Below, in pieces: positions 27,319-32,000 of a stretch of DNA of 32,000 nt (the stretch's first letter is position 1; every line of letters begins with the position of its first letter). The stretch is from contig NC_009033.1 in NCBI RefSeq assembly GCF_000015945.1, forward strand, positions 990,001-1,022,000. Direction: 5' to 3'. The notes beneath the pieces are model-generated. The model was not told where the DNA came from. It searched no databases and worked only from the letters and a program-made list of their open reading frames with translations. This stretch comes from Staphylothermus marinus F1. GTDB lineage: Archaea > Thermoproteota > Thermoprotei_A > Sulfolobales > Desulfurococcaceae. The position numbers were made by a program, and so were the translations under genes.

Positions 27319-28224
27319 TTATTGCGTTCTTCCTAGATGTTTGATGATCTCATATGCTATTAGTCTCGACATCAATACTAGTATACTAAATACCGATCCT
27401 GCCATTAAAACCGCAGGGTAAATATTTATGCTTTCCAGAATAAACACAATTACCGATCCGGTGAAAGCTGTAAATAAGCTTATGGCTTTAAACAACCATC
27501 TATCTATATATAGAAACTCATTATTGGTTTTAATGATCAAGAGTCCGGATAGCAGAGCTCCCAGCGATAAACCTGTTAAGAGCGGGGCATCCGTATATTC
27601 TGGCATTTCTATTGATGAGATAATAGAAGCGATAAGAGATGGAATGGTTATAGATACAAGGTATTTCCCTGGATTATTAAAACATATATATAGTATAACC
27701 GATAATAGAGCAACTACTACTCCGAGAATAGCTCCTCCAACTACATCTATTGGATAATGAACATGTAGAACAAGCCTCGAATCACTAACAGCAAATGCGT
27801 GTATAAACAAAGCTAATGCGATCAAAGGATTACGTGTAGCATAGCCTGCTAATAAAGCAAATGAAAAACTCATAGCTGCATGTCCGCTTGGAAAACCTGG
27901 GCCCTCAACTTTTATTAACCATTCGGAAGAAGGGGGTCTCGGCATTTTTAGTATAGTTTTCAACATTACATCAAGCGAGCCTGTTAATCCAAGGCCTCCG
28001 ATAATAAATATACCTTTCTCCCCTGAATATAAGGTATAAACTAAGATAGCGATCAGCATATAAAATGTGCTTTTCCCAAGAATACTGGCAGTCTTCGCTA
28101 GATCAGTATTTTCTAGCAATACTCCTATAAACTCTGTAATCGAAGATAGTAACAGTAGGTAGATAAGTATTTGTCTAATTTTTTCCAATGCCAGTTCACC
28201 GTTTAATAGTATTGCTTTGTTCAA
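27319..28224 (-). CDS. PAP2-family membrane (poly)prenyl-pyrophosphate / lipid phosphatase
   Basis: The three PAP2 motifs are KMPRPP, FPSGHA and SRLVLHVHYPIDV. There are multiple TM helices and a TTG start. Confidence 0.8.
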   Translation of the reverse strand: MNKAILLNGELALEKIRQILIYLLLLSSITEFIGVLLENTDLAKTASILGKSTFYMLIAILVYTLYSGEKGIFIIGGLGLTGSLDVMLKTILKMPRPPSSEWLIKVEGPGFPSGHAAMSFSFALLAGYATRNPLIALALFIHAFAVSDSRLVLHVHYPIDVVGGAILGVVVALLSVILYICFNNPGKYLVSITIPSLIASIISSIEMPEYTDAPLLTGLSLGALLSGLLIIKTNNEFLYIDRWLFKAISLFTAFTGSVIVFILESINIYPAVLMAGSVFSILVLMSRLIAYEIIKHLGRTQ

Positions 28225-28389
28225 TATTTTTGCGGAGAAAAAATAAAATCTTTATTGTAATAGATGCATAATATTTATTGGACACTGCACTGGATGTTTC
28301 TATAATATGTTTACTTATGAAGAAATATTGAGAGGAGCAATGTTTATGAAAATGTAAAAATAGAATTATGTATTAAGCTTGAACAAACT

Positions 28390-29721
28390 CTATATTGGTT
28401 TAGCAAATCCCCATTTTTCAAGTGCCCTTGCTAGTTCTCTATGTGTTTTCGCGTATTCATCTAATGGTATTCCTTTCAATATTGCTTCTAATGATTGTCT
28501 TACTGCCATCGCCCCTGCTCTTGGACCATCTGGGTGTCCTAGTACTCCTCCACCTATTTGTAGTACTAGTTCTGTTCCTAAAGCATCTATTACGCCTGGC
28601 AAGTTGCCTGGGTGTAGGCCTCCTGAGGACACTGGCATCGCTGGTTTTATATGGTACATTTCTTGTTCTATATGGAAAACATCGTCAGGGTCTGGTTTGA
28701 AATGTTTTTCTCTCAGTATTCTTGCGTATCTTATTACATCGATTTTTCCTCCCTCAAGTTTACCTACTCCTGCAGTCCCAATATGTAGCTGGTCTACGCC
28801 AATGATTCTGTAGAGTTTTGCTAATACATACATTGATATACCGTGGTAGGGGTTACGGGTAAAGGCTGCATGCATTGCTCTATGTGCATGAATAGCTAAG
28901 CCATATTCTTCAGCTAGATCCCTGATATATGTTAGCGTAGACCATCCAGTCACTACTACATCAACCATTACATAGGGGTTATCATAGTCTGCTACAAGTT
29001 TTAATCTCTTCTCCATTTCACGTATATCGCTGGTGATGTTTGCGAACCAAACTTTTCTCTCACCGGTTTCTTTTTCTGCTCGATCAATTGCTCTCATTAT
29101 ATGTTTAGCTCTCTCGGAGAATCTGCAAAAACTTGGACTAGTCAGGTTTTCATCGTCTTTAATATAATCCATTCCTCCCACTAGTAGTTCGTAGGCTAGT
29201 TTCTCAACCTCCTCCGGCGAATATCCTACTTTAGGTTTTGGAACAGTGCCCACTATTGGCCGATCAGTCACTCTAAAGATCTTTTTTACGCCTTCAACTC
29301 CCTTACTTGGACCTTTAAAGTATTGTAGAAACTTCTTAGGAAGATAAATATCTTCGAGACGAAGACCCTCAACTCTCTTCATTCCAAAGACGTTTCCAGC
29401 TATTGATGCTAGTAAGCCCGGCATATTTGCTTCCTCAAATAATTCAACTGGATAAGCTATTCTAACAATCCATGAACCATCACCTAGATCTTTGAAATAA
29501 TATGCTTTGCCGGATAATTTACGAACTCTTTCAGTATTATACCATGGATACAGCGTGGTCCATGTACCAGTACTGCTCTCAGCAGCTACTCCACCTGCTG
29601 CATCTTCTATTGTAAATCCTTTGGCTGGTTTAATTCTGAAAACAGCTATAATGTCATTTTCTAAATCTGGAACATAGTTTTTATCTATGTAACTATGATA
29701 AGGCTCGAATTTATGTGGCAA
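28390..29721 (-). CDS. rbcL: Ribulose-1,5-bisphosphate carboxylase/oxygenase large subunit, form III
   Basis: Contains AAGGVAAESSTGTWTTLY, GGMDYIKDDENL (carbamylated Lys region), SSGGLHPG and GGGVLGHPDG. No small-subunit gene is adjacent. Confidence 0.93.
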   Translation of the reverse strand: MPHKFEPYHSYIDKNYVPDLENDIIAVFRIKPAKGFTIEDAAGGVAAESSTGTWTTLYPWYNTERVRKLSGKAYYFKDLGDGSWIVRIAYPVELFEEANMPGLLASIAGNVFGMKRVEGLRLEDIYLPKKFLQYFKGPSKGVEGVKKIFRVTDRPIVGTVPKPKVGYSPEEVEKLAYELLVGGMDYIKDDENLTSPSFCRFSERAKHIMRAIDRAEKETGERKVWFANITSDIREMEKRLKLVADYDNPYVMVDVVVTGWSTLTYIRDLAEEYGLAIHAHRAMHAAFTRNPYHGISMYVLAKLYRIIGVDQLHIGTAGVGKLEGGKIDVIRYARILREKHFKPDPDDVFHIEQEMYHIKPAMPVSSGGLHPGNLPGVIDALGTELVLQIGGGVLGHPDGPRAGAMAVRQSLEAILKGIPLDEYAKTHRELARALEKWGFAKPI

Positions 29722-29771
29722 TATCCATCTTTCCCTCTCAACTTCTTAATAATCTAACTATGATTTATGAT

Positions 29772-29792
29772 TTAAGAATATATTATTCTTAA
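29772..29792. promoter_or_regulatory. Inverted repeat TTAAGAATA-TAT-TATTCTTAA in the divergent rbcL/archease intergenic region
   Basis: The 9-bp arms are perfectly complementary with a 3-nt spacer. The centre is ~61 nt from the rbcL ATG and ~43 nt from the archease ATG. Confidence 0.5.
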
Positions 29793-29824
29793 TGCTATAA
29801 CCATTTAGTGAGGTGATGAAAGAA

Positions 29825-30295
29825 ATGTCTGAGAAAATTGTAGAAAGAGGTTTGCCGGGTAAATTTGATTATTTAGAACACACTGCTGATCTATACATAG
29901 TTGCATATGGTAAAAACATACTTGAACTTTTCGAAAATGCTGGTTTATCAGTTTTCGAATCCATGACTGATACTAGTAGTATCAAGAAGAAACAAGTGAG
30001 AGAAATAGTGAGTGAAGGCTTCGATCTCGAGAACCTATTGTATCGATGGCTTGAAGATTTACTGACACTATATTATAGTGAAAACCTTATTTGTAGCCAA
30101 ATACAAGTACTATCTCTAAACATTATGAAAAGAGAAGATGAAATACAATACGTTATTAAGGGAAAATGCAGTGGAGACTACTTTGACCCAAACAAACATG
30201 TTTCAAAAGTAGAGATAAAAGCTGTAACGTATCACTTAATGAGAATAATTAAAGATGAAGAGAAATGGAAGGCATACTTTGTTCTAGACATTTAG
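29825..30295 (+). CDS. Archease (RtcB ligase cofactor family)
   Basis: Contains FDYLEHTADLYIVAYGKNILELFENAG and C-terminal KAVTYHLMRI. The ATG at 29825 lies 8 nt after AGGTGA. The track GTG at 29813 is within the SD. Confidence 0.85.
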   Translation: MSEKIVERGLPGKFDYLEHTADLYIVAYGKNILELFENAGLSVFESMTDTSSIKKKQVREIVSEGFDLENLLYRWLEDLLTLYYSENLICSQIQVLSLNIMKREDEIQYVIKGKCSGDYFDPNKHVSKVEIKAVTYHLMRIIKDEEKWKAYFVLDI

Positions 30296-30844
30296 TTTTC
30301 TCAAAGTATTAGAGCATGTTTCACAGAAAAACCTAGTCTTGGCATCAACTTCATATACAGAATTACTAAAGCTCATAACACATGTTCTTCTCTTACAATG
30401 GCTTAAACCCAATAAATGTCCTAGTTCATGCACTATTTCCTTAGCTACTCTCTCCAAATAGAGGTTATAATTTGGTTCTTCACCATAAAACCTTGGATCA
30501 AGTCTGCGTGTAAAAACAACTGCTATCCTATTTATAGGAGAAGCCTCCCCGAAGACAAAGTTTAATCCATAATCATATCCATCAATATAACCAATACCAA
30601 CAATAAAATACTCGTTTAAGTAATCATAAAACATATTTCCCATATTCTCAATAATACATGGAGCAAGATACTGTTTTCGAGCCCAGTTAAAACATTTCAT
30701 AGAAGGCTTAATAGTAGAGGGCCAAATCAGTATTTCAGAACTCAATCCGGCTCTGCTTAGTGAGTCTGCAACTATATTTTTCCAGTCATCAATATAGTCG
30801 AAAACATAGTTTCGATTCAACGGGACAAACAAAACTTTCAACAT
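30284..30844 (-). CDS. amzA: Archaemetzincin (peptidase M54)
   Basis: HELGHLLGLSHCKRRTCVMSFS...FFCETC matches the HExxHxxGxxHCxxxxCxM...CxxC signature. Its 3' end overlaps archease convergently by 12 nt. Confidence 0.88.
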   Translation of the reverse strand: MLKVLFVPLNRNYVFDYIDDWKNIVADSLSRAGLSSEILIWPSTIKPSMKCFNWARKQYLAPCIIENMGNMFYDYLNEYFIVGIGYIDGYDYGLNFVFGEASPINRIAVVFTRRLDPRFYGEEPNYNLYLERVAKEIVHELGHLLGLSHCKRRTCVMSFSNSVYEVDAKTRFFCETCSNTLRKLNV

Positions 30845-30946
30845 ATATATTTCACCAAGAAATACGTAGTTAGAAGTAAAATATTAGTTTTAGGTAGTAA
30901 AGAATAATAATGTATTCTAGGCTCCCAGCTACTGTTTTAAATGAAG

Positions 30947-30951
30947 AAAAA
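30947..30951 (-). terminator. T5 tract 2 nt downstream of tRNA-Phe
   Basis: The minus strand reads ..A-TC-TTTTT-CTTC after the discriminator base. Confidence 0.4.
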
Positions 30952-30953
30952 GA

Positions 30954-31027
30954 TGCCGCCGCGGGGATTTGAACCCCGGACAACCCGGTCTTCAGCCGGG
31001 CGCTCTCCCAGGCTGAGCTACGGCGGC
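30954..31027 (-). tRNA. tRNA-Phe (anticodon GAA), CCA not encoded
   Basis: The reverse complement is GCCGCCGUAGCUCAGCCUGGGAGAGCGCCCGGCUGAAGACCGGGUUGUCCGGGGUUCAAAUCCCCGCGGCGGCA. It folds as a cloverleaf with anticodon loop CUGAAGA. Confidence 0.94.
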
Positions 31028-31131
31028 GTTTTCAATATATATCGTTTAGCATTTGGGTTTATTAGTTTTATTAGAAATTTAAATATATCTAGAAATATTC
31101 AGCATCAGGTGTTCTAGGAGGCGAAAAAGAT

Positions 31132-31833
31132 ATGATGGCTGTAATTCTTGCAGGAGGTTTCGGTAAGAGATTACGTCCATATACAGAGGAAATACCTAAG
31201 CCCCTAGTTAGCGTTGCTGAAAAACCAATTCTTGAATGGCAAATTGAATGGTTGAAACAGTATGGTTTCAATGAGTTCGTATTACTTGTAGGATATAGGA
31301 AAGAGAAAATAATAGAACATATTGGGAGTGGTGGAAAACTGGGTGTTAAAGTAACATATGTTGTTGAAGACGAACCATTAGGAACAGGTGGCGCAATCAA
31401 GAACGCTGAACATATTCTTTCTAAAGAGGAGAAATTCTTAGTATTAAACGGAGATATATTAACAAATCTTAATCCAATGAAACTATTCGAAAAACTAGAT
31501 GAGCACCCAGAATTCGTAGCTGTAATAGCTAGTATACCATTACCTAGCCCTTACGGTGTACTGGAGATAAAGGATTCCAAAGTAACAGGTTTCGTTGAAA
31601 AACCAAAACTACAAGATTACTGGATAAACGCCGGCATATATGCAATGAAGCCTTCGGCTCTAAAATACTTCCCAGAGAGAGGGGATCTGGAGAGAACAGC
31701 GTTTCCGGCAATGGCTAAAGATGGAGTTCTAGGAGCCGTTAAGTATACAGGTGTATTCTGGAAATCTGTAGATACATATAAGGATCTAGAAGAAGCAACT
31801 AAAGCAATAATAAAGCTTGGAGGCAAATTATAA
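31132..31833 (+). CDS. Sugar-1-phosphate nucleotidylyltransferase (GT-A NTP-transferase family)
   Basis: N-terminal AVILAGGFGKRLRPYTEEIPKPLV signature, plus EPLGTGGAI. The SD is TAGGAGG. Sugar specificity cannot be told from sequence alone. Confidence 0.85.
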   Translation: MMAVILAGGFGKRLRPYTEEIPKPLVSVAEKPILEWQIEWLKQYGFNEFVLLVGYRKEKIIEHIGSGGKLGVKVTYVVEDEPLGTGGAIKNAEHILSKEEKFLVLNGDILTNLNPMKLFEKLDEHPEFVAVIASIPLPSPYGVLEIKDSKVTGFVEKPKLQDYWINAGIYAMKPSALKYFPERGDLERTAFPAMAKDGVLGAVKYTGVFWKSVDTYKDLEEATKAIIKLGGKL

Positions 31834-31896
31834 TCAGATTTTCCGGCTCTCATCACAGCCTTTTTCATAGGGCTCATGAGACCCTCTTATCATCAC
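31834..31896 (-). ncRNA. C/D box sRNA candidate (2'-O-methylation guide)
   Basis: The minus strand reads GUGAUGA(C)-UAAGAGGGUCUC-AUGA(D')-GCCCUAUGAAAAAGGCU-GUGAUGA(C')-GAGCCGGAAAAU-CUGA(D). Both guide spacers are exactly 12 nt. A short terminal stem is possible (UAA/UUA). A TATA-like CATATACTTA lies ~27 nt upstream. Confidence 0.65.
31861..31865 (+). terminator. T5 tract after a short GGCT/AGCC hairpin, downstream of the nucleotidyltransferase gene
   Basis: GGCTCTCATCACAGCC is followed by TTTTT. This overlaps the antisense sRNA candidate, so the assignment is tentative. Confidence 0.3.
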
Positions 31897-32000
31897 TTAA
31901 CCACAATAATAACAATAAGTATATGGGGCTAATAATAGTTAAATAAAATTTAGTTAGTTCAAAAATATTTATTTTTACCCATAAATCCTCTAGGCTAGTA

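Noticed and set aside
27428-29000. Plus-strand ORFs 27428-27757, 28379-28813 and 28422-28700.
   Set aside because: They are antisense to the PAP2 and RuBisCO genes, both of which carry unambiguous family motifs.
29813-29835. GUGAUGA followed by CUGA at the archease start.
   Set aside because: The spacer is 9 nt rather than 12. There is no C'/D pair, and the sequence is fully explained as the SD plus the first codons of archease.
31617-31877. An 86-aa minus-strand ORF overlapping the nucleotidyltransferase gene.
   Set aside because: Its AUG is the AUGA D' box of the C/D sRNA candidate. The remainder is antisense to a well-supported CDS.
1-32000. Search for CRISPR arrays, rRNA genes, long tandem repeats or IS elements.
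   Set aside because: On reading both strands I saw no regularly spaced repeats of 24-40 bp, no rRNA-like GC-rich structured stretches and no transposase-like ORFs.

Overview
The window looks like a chromosomal segment of a hyperthermophilic crenarchaeon, probably from the Desulfurococcales. The evidence is AT-rich coding DNA next to almost all-GC tRNA stems, GGTGA-type Shine-Dalgarno sites, archaeal r-protein gene order, an intron in cbf5, and form III RuBisCO. I cannot verify the taxon from sequence alone.

Layout:
- 1-5471: a membrane/ATPase gene set of unknown annotation. It comprises the 3' part of a large glycoprotein, a VirB2-like 2-TM protein, a VirB6-like polytopic protein, an ORF-track-missed 2-TM protein and a VirB4-like ATPase. 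I read it as a Ced/T4SS-like DNA-transfer module.
- 5625-6571: a tiny basic ORF followed by a DUF171/SPOUT methyltransferase.
- 6616-27177: the archaeal ribosomal superoperon in + orientation. The order is L3-L4-L23-L2 / S19-L22-S3-L29-Rpp29-S17-L14-L24-S4e-L5-S14-S8-L6-L32e-L19e-L18-S5-L30-L15-SecY-DUF106-L34e-Cmk-L14e-Cbf5-methyltransferase.
- 27186-31900: tRNA-Ser, PAP2 phosphatase, form III RuBisCO, archease, archaemetzincin, tRNA-Phe, a sugar nucleotidyltransferase and a C/D box sRNA candidate.

Most interesting observations:
1. A 3.3-kb insertion sits in the otherwise invariant L2-S19 junction. It carries a MoxR-type AAA+ ATPase, a MIDAS/VWA protein and an opposite-strand orphan gene.
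2. The Ced-like module has an extra beta-rich ectodomain and phased upstream repeats.
3. cbf5 is interrupted by a 36-nt in-frame, stop-containing, hairpin-forming intron that removes nothing but restores the catalytic GTLDPKV motif.
4. A textbook-spaced C/D box sRNA lies antisense, directly after the nucleotidyltransferase stop codon.
5. Three small genes are absent from the ORF track: S14, a 56-aa 2-TM protein and a 36-aa basic protein.

No CRISPR array, rRNA gene, transposase or integrase is visible.
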